From NCBI GenBank assembly GCA_964597145.1, contig CAZQWH010000004.1, forward strand, positions 195-64,194: a DNA stretch of 64,000 nt, in the 5' to 3' direction. Position numbers and translations under genes: made by a program. Origin of the DNA: an uncultured Candidatus Saccharibacteria bacterium. GTDB lineage: Bacteria; Patescibacteriota; CAZHWT01. A model generated the notes under the pieces. The model did no database searches. It had not been told where the DNA came from and saw nothing but the letters and a program-made list of their open reading frames with translations. Shown here piece after piece: positions 18,732 through 29,036 of this stretch. The first letter of the stretch is position 1. The number at the start of each line of letters is the position of its first letter.

Positions 18732-19373
18732 TTAGTACTCTGCATGTGCCACAAAGCCAAATTGAGGCAGGGGCCAGTAAACGAAGAAGGCTCGGCCAAT
18801 AATTTTCTTTTTATCAAGTAAGCCCCAAGAGCGAGAGTCATACGAGAAATTGCGGTTATCACCCATCACCACATATTTATCTTCCGGTATGGTAACTTCC
18901 TCGCCATCATGGAGATAATTACCACCATTCGTGGTGGTTGATGAGCCTAAATAATTCTCGTCCAGAGCGAAGCCTTTAGGGTGTTCTTTATTAGTAATAA
19001 TGACTTGGTTATTAGATATTTTTATTTTCTCGCCAGGTAAACCAATAATCCGCTTAATAAACTGCACATTTGGATCTTCGGGGCTTTTCAGTACAATGAC
19101 ATCGCCACGTTCAGGAGTGCCAACCCAATGATATAGCTTACTGGTCAAAATATATTCACCATCTTGGTAATTCGGTTGCATCGACTCTCCACGAACCAAA
19201 TGTGGTTGAGCAATAAAGGTATAGATGACAAAAAAGATAATTAAAGCAATCGCCACGGTTTCCAAGGCATCCATGAAGAACCCTTTAGTCGAGGGCTTAG
19301 ATGCTGGTGTTGGCTCAGCAAATTGTTTATCTGGAGTATCGATAACGGTGAGTTCTGGCTCTTCGTTTTTCAT
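18732..19373 (-). CDS. lepB: signal peptidase I (S26 family)
   Basis: N-terminal TM, catalytic Ser box GESMQPNY, KRIIGLPGE, GDNRNFSYDSRSWG boxes. Confidence 0.9.
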   Translation of the reverse strand: MKNEEPELTVIDTPDKQFAEPTPASKPSTKGFFMDALETVAIALIIFFVIYTFIAQPHLVRGESMQPNYQDGEYILTSKLYHWVGTPERGDVIVLKSPEDPNVQFIKRIIGLPGEKIKISNNQVIITNKEHPKGFALDENYLGSSTTTNGGNYLHDGEEVTIPEDKYVVMGDNRNFSYDSRSWGLLDKKKIIGRAFFVYWPLPQFGFVAHAEY

Positions 19374-19489
19374 AAGTGTTAATTGCAGCCATCATTATAC
19401 TCCTAAATAGGAATAACTCCTAGTGCCAAGGATGTTATTGCGTTAAAATATCTACGATCCCCAATATATCCGTGATATGATATCTGAGT

Positions 19490-20812
19490 ATGAAAACAGT
19501 CCGCTTGCTCGCTACCAACACCTTAGCCCAAATGATTGGCAAAGCTGCTACAGTGGGGTCAACTATTTTAATTGGCCGGATGATATCAAGCCCCGAAGGT
19601 TTAGGTAAGCCAGGGTTCGACGCATACACCATAATTGTAGCTTACGCCGCTTATTTCTATATCATTACCGATTTTGGTTTTAATGCAATTGCAACTAAGG
19701 CAATTACTGAGGAAGAGCAAAAGTCGGCTTCATACGTCTCCAATCTACTCGGCTTGCGCTTAGTGCTTTCCCTGGGCTTGATAATGGTTGGTTTAGCCGT
19801 TTTATCCTTTATTCCAGCTTATACGACGACTATTAAATTGGGCATTATCTTAATGCTGGTAACAATTGTTAGCCAGGCAATTTTCACCAATGGAAACATC
19901 TTATTTCAGGCTCGTATGCGCTATGTTCACTCAACCATAGCGGTGATAGTTGGCTCCGCGGTCTCGCTAGCTGCTGCATTTGTAGTCTACAGTATGAGCG
20001 GTAATGTATATGGCTACTTAGGAGCGATAGTGTTGGGTTCAATCGTAATGGCTGCTGTTTCGTTGGCCCAAGTGCGGGCTATGGTGCCAATTAAGATAAA
20101 ATTTGATTGGGATACGTGGCGTTATGTCAGCTTTGCCGCACTACCGTTAGGTATGACTATAGTCTTTAACCTACTGTACATTCGATCAGGCTTTTTTATT
20201 TTGAGTATTCATGACCCAGACTATTATGGGATTTATACCATGGCATACCGGGTGTTTGATGCAGTGCTCGTCTTGCCTGTGTTTGTGGTGAATGCGTTAT
20301 ACCCCATAATGGTGCAACGATTGCAACAAGGAAAGCCTGTGTTCAAGCGGTTGTTTATCCGCTCATTATTCGGTATGGCGACTGCCTCTTTATTGGTAAT
20401 GATAGCCATGTGGTTACTGGCTCCAGTAGCAATCTGGCTCAGCACGGCTAACCACGTATTTCATGAGGCAATCTCAGCCCTGCGGTGGTTAAGTATATTG
20501 GTTCCCATATTCTTTATCAGCAATATTATATTATGGACACTCATCACCTTAGGTCGGCGCAAACTATTACTCGTATTTTATGGCATTGGGGCAATAGTAA
20601 GTTTAGGCTTAAATATTTGGCTCATTCCTCAGTATGGGTATGTGGCTGCCATCGCGGCAACCGGGATTGTTGAAAGCCTGGTAACTCTATTAATGGGGAT
20701 GCAAGTTTGGCTGATTCTGCGCGAGAAAGACCTACCCCAACCAGTTGGACTACCGCCTGCAGAAGTAGCTGAGGCCAGTATGCATGCCCCAACAGGTGGT
20801 GACAGTTTATGA
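19490..20812 (+). CDS. polysaccharide/oligosaccharide flippase-like (MOP/Wzx family) membrane protein
   Basis: About 12 predicted TM helices, N-terminal LLATNTLAQMIGKAATVGSTILIGR pattern typical of Wzx/MurJ-type transporters. Confidence 0.5.
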   Translation: MKTVRLLATNTLAQMIGKAATVGSTILIGRMISSPEGLGKPGFDAYTIIVAYAAYFYIITDFGFNAIATKAITEEEQKSASYVSNLLGLRLVLSLGLIMVGLAVLSFIPAYTTTIKLGIILMLVTIVSQAIFTNGNILFQARMRYVHSTIAVIVGSAVSLAAAFVVYSMSGNVYGYLGAIVLGSIVMAAVSLAQVRAMVPIKIKFDWDTWRYVSFAALPLGMTIVFNLLYIRSGFFILSIHDPDYYGIYTMAYRVFDAVLVLPVFVVNALYPIMVQRLQQGKPVFKRLFIRSLFGMATASLLVMIAMWLLAPVAIWLSTANHVFHEAISALRWLSILVPIFFISNIILWTLITLGRRKLLLVFYGIGAIVSLGLNIWLIPQYGYVAAIAATGIVESLVTLLMGMQVWLILREKDLPQPVGLPPAEVAEASMHAPTGGDSL

Positions 20813-21960
20813 GTAAATCTGTTAAGCGAGTACTCTACATCGACCACACCCCGTTTGCCGGCGGTGCACAACTGGTGTTGGCCCAGCATATACAAGAGCT
20901 CGATCGGCAGCACTTTGATCCATATGTCATTTGTAGCAATACTGTCCCCGAGTTGATAGATAAATACAAGGCAGCTGGGGCCTTAGTTGAGGTAATTCAA
21001 TTTCCCCGCCTGCGTGGCTTTAGTCCAATCGCTATAGGGCAATTTGTACAGGCCATCCGCAGAGTCAGGCACATCATCCATCACCACCAGATTAACTTAG
21101 TTGTATCAAATACCACGCGAGCGTCGTATGTTGCTACTCTCGCGACATGGAAAACGAACACTCCTGTTATATGGTGGGTACGTGATTTTTTATACCCTCG
21201 GCTGCTATTTAAGCTGCTACGGCCAATGGTGGCTAAAGTGATCTTTGTGTCTAAGGCTGTCCAGGCAGCCTACATGACGACAAATGACCCTAAGGCCAAA
21301 GTTGTCTATGTGGCCAGTTCGATGTACAAGCAACTGCCACAAGTTCGTCAGGCTCAAATTGTAGCCGAGAAGCAGCGGTGGGGTATTACTCAGGATGAAA
21401 TAGTTGTGGGATTTATGGGGCGTCTAGTTGCCGACAAGGGGGTAGAGGAGGTGGTAGCGGCTGCGCGCCTAGTGCGTCAAGCTAAAGGTAAGGTTAAATT
21501 TTTAATTGTCGGCACCGGAAAAAACCAAATGAATAATGTCGAAGATGCAACTCGACGGTTAATTGCTCAGCAGGGGCTAGAAAGTACCGTCATTATGACC
21601 GGGTATCAGAGCAATGAGCCGTTATACTATTCGTTGTTTGATATCTTTGTTTTACCCACCCGAGATGGTGAGCCATTTGCAACCAGTGTTATTCAAGCAA
21701 TGATGGCTGGCAACGCGGTTATCGGCTCTAGTGCCGGAGGAACTCCTGAGTTGGTAGTTAATAGGGAGACTGGCTTGCTTTTTGACCCTCGTAACGCCTC
21801 TCAATTGGCGCAGGCAATTACCACGTTAGCCAAAGACACGTCGTTGCGTCATAAATTAGCCCAAACAGGAAAGCAGCGCGTGCTACAATATCACCGGGAA
21901 GAAACAGTAACCGATCAAATCGAAGACATTTTTAAACAGGTTTTAAAACCCCGCGGGTAA
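20809..21960 (+). CDS. glycosyltransferase family 4 (GT-B, retaining)
   Basis: FMGRLVADKGVEE and EPFATSVIQAMMAGNAVIGSSAGGTPELV (E-X7-E-like GT4 motif). Confidence 0.8.
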   Translation: MSKSVKRVLYIDHTPFAGGAQLVLAQHIQELDRQHFDPYVICSNTVPELIDKYKAAGALVEVIQFPRLRGFSPIAIGQFVQAIRRVRHIIHHHQINLVVSNTTRASYVATLATWKTNTPVIWWVRDFLYPRLLFKLLRPMVAKVIFVSKAVQAAYMTTNDPKAKVVYVASSMYKQLPQVRQAQIVAEKQRWGITQDEIVVGFMGRLVADKGVEEVVAAARLVRQAKGKVKFLIVGTGKNQMNNVEDATRRLIAQQGLESTVIMTGYQSNEPLYYSLFDIFVLPTRDGEPFATSVIQAMMAGNAVIGSSAGGTPELVVNRETGLLFDPRNASQLAQAITTLAKDTSLRHKLAQTGKQRVLQYHREETVTDQIEDIFKQVLKPRG

Positions 21961-21979
21961 GCGCCCCAAATTAATCTCT

Positions 21980-23254
21980 ATGGTAGTAAGTCAATTTATC
22001 GCCATTATAGTACTAATAACCGCCTCTTTAGGCCAATTAAACCGCCTCTTTATCGGCGATGCCGAAGGCGTAGTACTCTACGCCAACGATATCTTAGTCG
22101 GAATATTAGCAGTTCTCTATTTAGGCCACGCCCTAATTGTTCGTCGCTCCTGGGTGGTACCGCCGGTTATAACCAGTCTCTGGCTATTTTTAGTAGTAGG
22201 CACATTCGGGCTAGCCTTAAGCTGGACATCTCTGGGCGGGTCGGAGCTTGTGGTGAGTTTGTCATATTGGGTGCGCTACCTCTGTTATTCTTTCTTATTT
22301 TTTGTGGTATTCGATGCCATAGTTTACGCTCGCACACAATCAGAGAGACGGTATCAAATACAGCGATGGGCGGTTTGGATACTGGTTGCTGCCTCCCTCA
22401 TGGCAGTAAGTGGTTTTATCCAACTTTACCTGCTGCCAGACTTAGCAATCTTGGCTCAGTATGGATGGGATCCACACAGCGGTAGATTAACCACGGCAAT
22501 GCTCGATCCCAATTATGCCGGAACCTATCTTAGTATGATGGCAGCTGTGGCCGTCAGTCTATTCTTATATATAGAAAATCTTCGTTGGCGGTGGATCCTA
22601 GCGGTCCTAATCATCATTCTCACCTTGGCTGTTTTACTCACCTACTCTCGTAGCGGGTATGTAACGTTAGCCATCGCTCTAGGTATAATTGCGCTCATAA
22701 AGTCACGATGGCTGCTCATAGTCGGGCTCGTAATAGCGGTTATGGCGTATGCTACAGTACCGAGAATTCAGGAGCGTATCCAAGGGGCACTAGAGATCGA
22801 CGCCTCTGCCTCCCCCCGAATTATTTCTTGGCAAAATTCTCTCTATATTGCTGGGCAAAATCTACCTTTCGGCGTCGGATTTAATAGCTACCGCTTTGCC
22901 CAAGATCGCTATGGCATCCTCAGTTTAGAAGAAAGCGGTAACGCGGGTGCTGGAGGTGATTCTAGTTGGCTGTTCATCTTAGCTACCACTGGTGTCTTTG
23001 GCTCAATCGCCTTTATGGTCATGTATCTTGGGTTTGCTTGGTTTAGTTGGAGAGGACTACTGCTGGCTAAATTGCCACTCGAAAAAGCGTTATGCTTAAG
23101 TGCTTTAGCCATCTTGGCTGGGTTAGGTATAGCCAGTCAGTTTAATAATGCGTTGTTCTACACCTGGATTGTGGAATTGTTTTGGGTGATGATGGGGTTA
23201 ATAATGGCTATAAACCAGTTCGTTACACCTTCGTCGGAGTCGTCTCGTGCTTAA
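21980..23254 (+). CDS. O-antigen ligase/polymerase-like (Wzy_C domain) membrane protein
   Basis: Multi-TM with LLTYSRSGYVTLAIALGIIAL motif characteristic of O-antigen ligase family periplasmic loop. Confidence 0.55.
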   Translation: MVVSQFIAIIVLITASLGQLNRLFIGDAEGVVLYANDILVGILAVLYLGHALIVRRSWVVPPVITSLWLFLVVGTFGLALSWTSLGGSELVVSLSYWVRYLCYSFLFFVVFDAIVYARTQSERRYQIQRWAVWILVAASLMAVSGFIQLYLLPDLAILAQYGWDPHSGRLTTAMLDPNYAGTYLSMMAAVAVSLFLYIENLRWRWILAVLIIILTLAVLLTYSRSGYVTLAIALGIIALIKSRWLLIVGLVIAVMAYATVPRIQERIQGALEIDASASPRIISWQNSLYIAGQNLPFGVGFNSYRFAQDRYGILSLEESGNAGAGGDSSWLFILATTGVFGSIAFMVMYLGFAWFSWRGLLLAKLPLEKALCLSALAILAGLGIASQFNNALFYTWIVELFWVMMGLIMAINQFVTPSSESSRA

Positions 23255-24548
23255 ATCTATTATCCTCTTAGGATTGTGTCTAACCATGGTGGTATTACCA
23301 TGGTACATTGTACGGTTCAGGTTGTTTGGTGTGCCAGTTACCTTGCTCGAATGTGTTGCCATATTCACTATTGCCGTCTGGGGTTTGAACCAAGCAATTC
23401 ACCTGTATCAAACCGGGTTATTTGCCTCGATAGCTCAGCTTATTCGCTGGGCGAGACAATCCTGGCTAGTCATTCTCCCTGTGGGTCTTTTCCTCATTGC
23501 TGCAACCTTTGCCGTCCTAATTAGCCCCAATCTGACCGCTGCTTTAGGTATTTACAAAGCGTACATTATCGAGCCGGTATTGTTGGCTATAGTGGTGTGG
23601 TCAACCGTTGACCGAGAACGAGATCTAAGATTAGTGGTGGGTTCCATGCTCATAGCTGCTGCACAGGTCTCCTTGCTCGCGATTAGTCAGTATGTTTGGG
23701 GTTGGCCCAACTTTGCCCCAGACGAACTATCTCAGGGGCGCTCAAGCGCGATGTATAACACAGCCAATGCCGTTGGGCTATTTGTTGGCCCACTCACGCT
23801 TCTAGCTACTTCTATAGCAATAGGTTGGTGGCATAAGAGTCGTCTTATTAGCGGAGGGTTAGGGCTTATAGCCTGCTTAGGCTGCAGCGCCATCGTTCTA
23901 TCACGCTCAGATGGGGCAATGGTAGCCATACTTGGTTCTATACTCTTTGCCTCGACACTATTGGTTGCTAAACGATTCGGCTGGTTGCAGGGCCAAATAT
24001 GGGTAAGAGTAGCGGGTGCGGGGGGGCTAGTTTATATGATCGTTACCATAATATTTATGCTGTGGTTTAATCATCCGCCGCAGGTAACCAACCCTTACAC
24101 AAGACCGGGATTTAGCACTTTTACCGTGAGGCAATGTACATGGCAAGGCACTATCAATCTGTTAGCCGAACGCCCAATTACTGGTAGTGGTCTAGCTAAT
24201 TTTTCCACTTCATATGTCAAGCATGCCACCTGCGATGCAGAGCCATTAGTATATCCTCATAATTTTATTTTAAATTTCTGGACCGAAACCGGGTTACTTG
24301 GCTTACTCTCTATTATGGGAATAGCCATTGGGTGGTTGTATGTAAGTGGCAAATTAGTACTGTGTTCTGGTCGATATACGTGGTTGGGGCTGGGACTGTG
24401 TCTTAGTCTGGTTTATTGGCTCATTCACGGATTAGTTGATGTGCCGTATTTTAAAAATGATTTATCTATAGCATGGTGGGTGCTGTTTAGTATAACTCTG
24501 TTAGCCAAAGTTAAGTTGCAAGCCAGTATAGTACCAGCGAGAGCCTAG
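23247..24548 (+). CDS. second O-antigen ligase/polymerase-like membrane protein (paralog)
   Basis: Multi-TM, VLSRSDGAMVAILGSILF motif analogous to upstream paralog; overlaps it by 8 nt. Confidence 0.5.
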   Translation: MLKSIILLGLCLTMVVLPWYIVRFRLFGVPVTLLECVAIFTIAVWGLNQAIHLYQTGLFASIAQLIRWARQSWLVILPVGLFLIAATFAVLISPNLTAALGIYKAYIIEPVLLAIVVWSTVDRERDLRLVVGSMLIAAAQVSLLAISQYVWGWPNFAPDELSQGRSSAMYNTANAVGLFVGPLTLLATSIAIGWWHKSRLISGGLGLIACLGCSAIVLSRSDGAMVAILGSILFASTLLVAKRFGWLQGQIWVRVAGAGGLVYMIVTIIFMLWFNHPPQVTNPYTRPGFSTFTVRQCTWQGTINLLAERPITGSGLANFSTSYVKHATCDAEPLVYPHNFILNFWTETGLLGLLSIMGIAIGWLYVSGKLVLCSGRYTWLGLGLCLSLVYWLIHGLVDVPYFKNDLSIAWWVLFSITLLAKVKLQASIVPARA

Positions 24549-25342
24549 TTAGATTCAGCAGCCGTCTCGTCTGACTCTCCAGAGTAGGTAATGGAACGTT
24601 CAATTTTACGCGAATTATCGGCCATATCTTTGGCTATAATTTCAATACGATTTTCACCTGAGTCGAGTTGAATAACCTGGCTAAAAACTCCATCGCTAGC
24701 CACAACTGCTTGGCGCTGATTAATAGTAACTTTGGCACTGGACTCAGTCTTGCCCTTGACGGTTAACTCTTGTTTGTCGGTTTGACTAGAGATTTCTTGG
24801 AGTAATACCAAGCTGGGCGGTGTAGCATCATACACTATCTCGGTTGATTTAGACTGTCGACTTTTATTGCCCGCTGCATCTTGGGCGATTGCGGTGACGG
24901 TATTTTTACCACCTTCTAATTGGGCCTCACCAGAGAATTGGCCATCTTTGTCGGTCAGAGCCGAAAAGGCTTCCTTGTCATTAATATACACGGTAACTGT
25001 AGAGCCGCTCTCAGCGGTACCAGATACGTTTAAAGAACGGGTGTTTACCTGGTCGGGTTGGCTATTGAGCCGAGGTGCGGCCGGGGCAACATTATCAGCG
25101 CTCCCCAATGGCGTAATCTGGTCGTCACTACTACCATTACCTAGATTGGCCAATAAAGGCACACCTAAAAAGTATCCACCAACAATAAGAGCGATTACGA
25201 GTAAGGTGGCTAAAGTTATGCGGCGGTAAGCCGAAACCTCTTCCTGTCGCAAACTGCGTTTAGCGCTATAGCTATAGAATGAATTAGTTGAACGTTTCCT
25301 GTTAGCCATATGTACATTAATACTACATGTATATTGTATCAA
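24545..25342 (-). CDS. membrane-anchored protein with bacterial Ig-like (Big) repeats
   Basis: N-terminal TM anchor; two ~80-aa repeats with G.T...A.D.AGN and ATPP motifs; stop codons of this and upstream plus-strand gene overlap (CTAG). Confidence 0.5.
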   Translation of the reverse strand: MIQYTCSINVHMANRKRSTNSFYSYSAKRSLRQEEVSAYRRITLATLLVIALIVGGYFLGVPLLANLGNGSSDDQITPLGSADNVAPAAPRLNSQPDQVNTRSLNVSGTAESGSTVTVYINDKEAFSALTDKDGQFSGEAQLEGGKNTVTAIAQDAAGNKSRQSKSTEIVYDATPPSLVLLQEISSQTDKQELTVKGKTESSAKVTINQRQAVVASDGVFSQVIQLDSGENRIEIIAKDMADNSRKIERSITYSGESDETAAESN

Positions 25343-25363
25343 ATTGAAGCATTTGTTTGCCGA

Positions 25364-25636
25364 TTAATCTGCTAGTGTGGCTGAAGGCGAAACTTGAGGT
25401 GTCGGTTGAACAAATTGTTGGCCATCGGTAGTAACGCAGACAGCCGGATATTTCTCCTGAATGATACTACTAGGTACATGGGTACACTCATCGTAACTGC
25501 CTACCGCCACTGGTCTTTGCAACACCGGCTGCATAATCCCAATATAAACAATAGCAATCACGGCCAAAAGCAGGGCAGTTAAATAAATGCCAGGATGCTG
25601 GTTAAAATCATGAGGAAGGAGGGTAAGCTTTGGCAT
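25364..25636 (-). CDS. small membrane protein, hypothetical
   Basis: One TM helix (IYLTALLLAVIAIVYIGI); no family recognised. Confidence 0.3.
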   Translation of the reverse strand: MPKLTLLPHDFNQHPGIYLTALLLAVIAIVYIGIMQPVLQRPVAVGSYDECTHVPSSIIQEKYPAVCVTTDGQQFVQPTPQVSPSATLAD

Positions 25637-25646
25637 GTTAATACAA

Positions 25647-26189
25647 TTAAAGTAATCCTAATGCTTCTAAACCAAGATATCCAGTAGCAATATCGGTTAA
25701 TTGACCAGCCTTCAAATGCTGTTTAAATTGATCCAAATCCATAGTGATTACTTGAGTGAATTCGTGTTCGTCATTATGAATCTCAACCGTTTTAATACAG
25801 TTACGTGCAACAAAGTGATAACGATGAGCAGTGAAGTAGGCGTCGATGGGTGTTTGGGTAATTAGGGAGAGTTCGCCTGTATAGCCGGTTTCTTCGGCTA
25901 ATTCGCGTTGGGCGGCATGAAGCGGATCTTCACCATTCTCGATGCCTCCACCCGGAAGTTCATTAAGGATTTGACCAGGGCCCGGCCTAAACTGGCGGGC
26001 CAAGATAATCTGCTGATCGAGAGTAATAGCTAAAATGCAACACGCATCACGCTCTTGAATAAGGTCAAAATCAACTGCTTTATTAGCCTGAGTTAAGTAT
26101 TGGCGACGGACAACCTTGCGATAGCCGTCGTAGACCACCCGCTCATCTAAGTTTTGCCACTTCCTAATAGAAACATCCTTAGTTGGCAT
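25647..26189 (-). CDS. NUDIX hydrolase
   Basis: Nudix box GGGIENGEDPLHAAQRELAEETGY. Confidence 0.8.
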   Translation of the reverse strand: MPTKDVSIRKWQNLDERVVYDGYRKVVRRQYLTQANKAVDFDLIQERDACCILAITLDQQIILARQFRPGPGQILNELPGGGIENGEDPLHAAQRELAEETGYTGELSLITQTPIDAYFTAHRYHFVARNCIKTVEIHNDEHEFTQVITMDLDQFKQHLKAGQLTDIATGYLGLEALGLL

Positions 26190-26203
26190 AATTCACCTAC
26201 TTT

Positions 26204-26542
26204 CTAATAGAGCCGACTACCGTTCGGGACGGACAAGTCTGGTTGAAGTAAGACTACCATGCCATCATGGTTGTCACAGCCGGTTGTAAGCACTTCCGAG
26301 ATAAACGACCCAATTTGCTTGGGCTGAAAATTACAAACACATAAAACCTGTCTGCCCAACAGTGATTCCTTAGTGTATAGCTGGGTAATCTGAGCACTAG
26401 AATGCTTGTGACCAATATTAGATCCTAAATCAATTGTTAACCTATAAGCTGGCTTGTGCGCTTCAGGAAAGTCATGGACGGCGATAATTGTGCCGACACG
26501 TAAATCAATCTTTTCAAAGTCGGGATAGGAGATCGTAGACAT
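26204..26542 (-). CDS. tRNA-binding domain protein (CsaA/Trbp111-like, Myf domain)
   Basis: DLRVGTI..V...P.A.K.Y...IDLG....Q and C..NF.PK.IG OB-fold tRNA-binding motifs. Confidence 0.7.
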   Translation of the reverse strand: MSTISYPDFEKIDLRVGTIIAVHDFPEAHKPAYRLTIDLGSNIGHKHSSAQITQLYTKESLLGRQVLCVCNFQPKQIGSFISEVLTTGCDNHDGMVVLLQPDLSVPNGSRLY

Positions 26543-26598
26543 AGAAACAGCCTCGGTAAGTAAGGATAGAAATCGAACCTCAATTAATCACAAACCTC

Positions 26599-26673
26599 TG
26601 GAGCTGATGGAGGGAATTGAACCCCCGACCCATGCTTTACGAAAGCATTGCTCTACCCCTGAGCTACATCAGC
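26599..26673 (-). tRNA. tRNA-Thr (anticodon CGT)
   Basis: Hand-folded cloverleaf: acceptor GCTGATG/CATCAGC, anticodon stem ATGCT/AGCAT, loop TTCGTAA, T-loop TTCAATT, encoded CCA. Confidence 0.85.
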
Positions 26674-26988
26674 ACGATGAGTAATATGTATTATGTCGTA
26701 TGTAGGACGTATTTGCAAAATTATTTTCGTCCTAATTTTTACCTTTAAAAAGACCCGAATTACTATGATCGAGCGGTCTTCAGCCAGTCAGTAACCTCAA
26801 AACCTAGTGTAATCAGTGGCGGATTATACGTTGGGTCAACGATGTGACCCATTCGCCATCAATTCCTATCTCCAGGCAATCACGGTGATTGATTTGTTGC
26901 GGAATAAATCGCACCTCAGCTGGATAACCCTTAAGTTGATACATTCATGCTCTATAGTGACATCGATGTGATTCTTTTGGCGACGCAA

Positions 26989-27534
26989 TTACAGGTTAGT
27001 TGCATCCGATAATTTTATTCTAACCTTTTCCGTCATTGAGCTCGTGCTCACGTAAGCCAAGACATCTACATCGGGGTCATAAAGTTCAAGCATGTCTAAA
27101 TCATTTCTCGGAAAGACCCTTGCCCCTTTGATCGGCTCTTTATCTAATAAAGATTGCTTTAGCTTTGAATATGCATCGGGTTCCAGATAAAAATCAATAT
27201 CACCAACATGGTGGCGGTATGGGTCGGGTCGACGAATATACAGGTGGGCATAAGTGGCTTCTGGGATACCATTGCGTGACGGGATAACTATCGGGCGAAG
27301 TAAGGTAAAGTATTTTTGATCGGGGTTGTCCGAAGGCTCAGTCAGTTCGCTTCGGAGGGAGATTAGGTACTGGTACTCATCTTCGTAGTGGCAAAATATA
27401 CCAACATTCCCGGCATTCGGCAAGTAATTTCCGAGCGACTGCTGGCATAGCTTGTAACATTCAGTGTGGATGTGGTTAAGGGCCGCTACAAGCTCTTCCT
27501 TGCCACTAATTGGACTAAATCGATAAAGCTTCAT
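26989..27534 (-). CDS. hypothetical protein (181 aa) between two tRNA genes
   Basis: Clean ORF, no recognisable family by eye. Confidence 0.4.
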   Translation of the reverse strand: MKLYRFSPISGKEELVAALNHIHTECYKLCQQSLGNYLPNAGNVGIFCHYEDEYQYLISLRSELTEPSDNPDQKYFTLLRPIVIPSRNGIPEATYAHLYIRRPDPYRHHVGDIDFYLEPDAYSKLKQSLLDKEPIKGARVFPRNDLDMLELYDPDVDVLAYVSTSSMTEKVRIKLSDATNL

Positions 27535-27546
27535 AATCTAAAACCT

Positions 27547-27621
27547 ATGGAGCGGGAGACGAGACTCGAACTCGCGATCTCTTCCTTGGGAAGGAAGCAT
27601 TCTACCACTGAACTACTCCCG
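27547..27621 (-). tRNA. tRNA-Gly (anticodon CCC)
   Basis: Acceptor GCGGGAG/CTCCCGC, anticodon stem CTTCC/GGAAG with loop TTCCCAA, T-loop TTCGAGT, encoded CCA. Confidence 0.85.
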
Positions 27622-27699
27622 CATCTGACGCTAGCCTAGTATAGCGCAGACAGCAATACACATTCTAGTAGTTTAGCCTAGTCTAGTATACTTAAGCTT

Positions 27700-28470
27700 T
27701 TAGAGTAACTCAGGAATATAGAGCACATTCCCGGCATGAACCAGTGGTCGACCATTAGGAAGTTGTCCAATCTGGTTATGAGGGTCGTTAAATATAACTT
27801 CCCATTTATCTCCATTGCCATAGACACTCTGGGCAATACTCCACAAGGTGTCACCATGTTGGACCGTATATGTTTGAATGGCAGTCGAAGGGGTCTCTCG
27901 AAGTTCTTGTACTCCAGCCACATCAGACTCGGTATTGCTTGCAATGGTGTCTTCATTTCGTATCGGCTGTTGAGATATCGCAGCACTGTCGGGAATGTTT
28001 AATACTTGACCAATCTCAACAGTTGGCTGTCCATGAGCATTCACGTTCAATTCGTTAGCATCGCGAATCTTGGTCCAATCAAAACCGCTACCATATACCT
28101 TTTCCGCTATAGACCATAGCGAATCACCAGATACAACAGTATACTGTCCTTCAGTAGATTCCGATTCAGATGGTGAATTAGTATCCTGTTGGTCTTCGGT
28201 AGCCTGCTGATTATCAGCCTCGTCGCCTTCTTGTTGCTCCGACTGGTTAGTTACCTCTGGGGTGTTGGAGTGTTGGAAATAATTATAAATAAGTAAACCG
28301 CTGGCAATAATCAGCAATCCTACGAGAATAGTAGCCAGTTGGGACTGCTTCTCGTTTTGACCGCCGTTTTGACCGGATGTTTGTGGTTCAGATTGAGGTG
28401 TATCGGTATGAGCTTTTAGCTCGTTTTCCTGAGTAGTTGCGGTGGCGGTCTTTTTTGCACGTGTAGCCAT
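27700..28470 (-). CDS. LysM domain peptidoglycan-binding protein (2 LysM repeats, N-terminal TM)
   Basis: Two repeats YTV.SGD(S/T)LWSIA..VYG.G..W..I...N; low-complexity acidic/Q-rich linker. Confidence 0.8.
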   Translation of the reverse strand: MATRAKKTATATTQENELKAHTDTPQSEPQTSGQNGGQNEKQSQLATILVGLLIIASGLLIYNYFQHSNTPEVTNQSEQQEGDEADNQQATEDQQDTNSPSESESTEGQYTVVSGDSLWSIAEKVYGSGFDWTKIRDANELNVNAHGQPTVEIGQVLNIPDSAAISQQPIRNEDTIASNTESDVAGVQELRETPSTAIQTYTVQHGDTLWSIAQSVYGNGDKWEVIFNDPHNQIGQLPNGRPLVHAGNVLYIPELL

Positions 28471-28959
28471 AAGTTAGATTAACTAGCACATCCTTCGCAT
28501 ATAAAAAATTGTGGGCAGGGGCAGAGATAAATTAAATTTTATATAAACGAAGGGGTTACTAAACTCCTTGTTTTTTAAAATTCACAGATAACTATATCTG
28601 AATATACCAACACTATAGACTATTTCCAATCTCGACGCAAGACCGAGTTTGGCAGGTTCATTTAATTATTGTGCATTGAATAATTAAAATCCCAAGGGCA
28701 AGCTGATGAAATAAAAAACGCTTCTCATGTAATTGAATCTCTTAACCCTGTTTTTAACTAAAAACAATCAAGTGTACTGGTCAATAAGTTTACATGACCC
28801 CATCTCACAATCGAATTGGCCAGCATTAAAAAGTCTAATAGGTTAGATGTATAGCCCTATTACTGAACTCCGATGCCCCGTATTTATTCACATAAAAGCG
28901 GCCCATCCTTACAGATTCAACAAAGGGTTAACCATCCTCAAATGAGAATGCTTAACCCT

Positions 28960-29036
28960 TGGCGGACCCGAGCGGATTCGAACCGCCGATCTCTTCCGTG
29001 ACAGGGAAGCGTGTTAGGCCTCTACACCACGGGTCC
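28960..29036 (-). tRNA. tRNA-Asp (anticodon GTC)
   Basis: Acceptor GGACCCG/CGGGTCC, anticodon stem CTTCC/GGAAG loop CTGTCAC, T-loop TTCGAAT, encoded CCA; embedded in AT-rich spacer. Confidence 0.85.
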
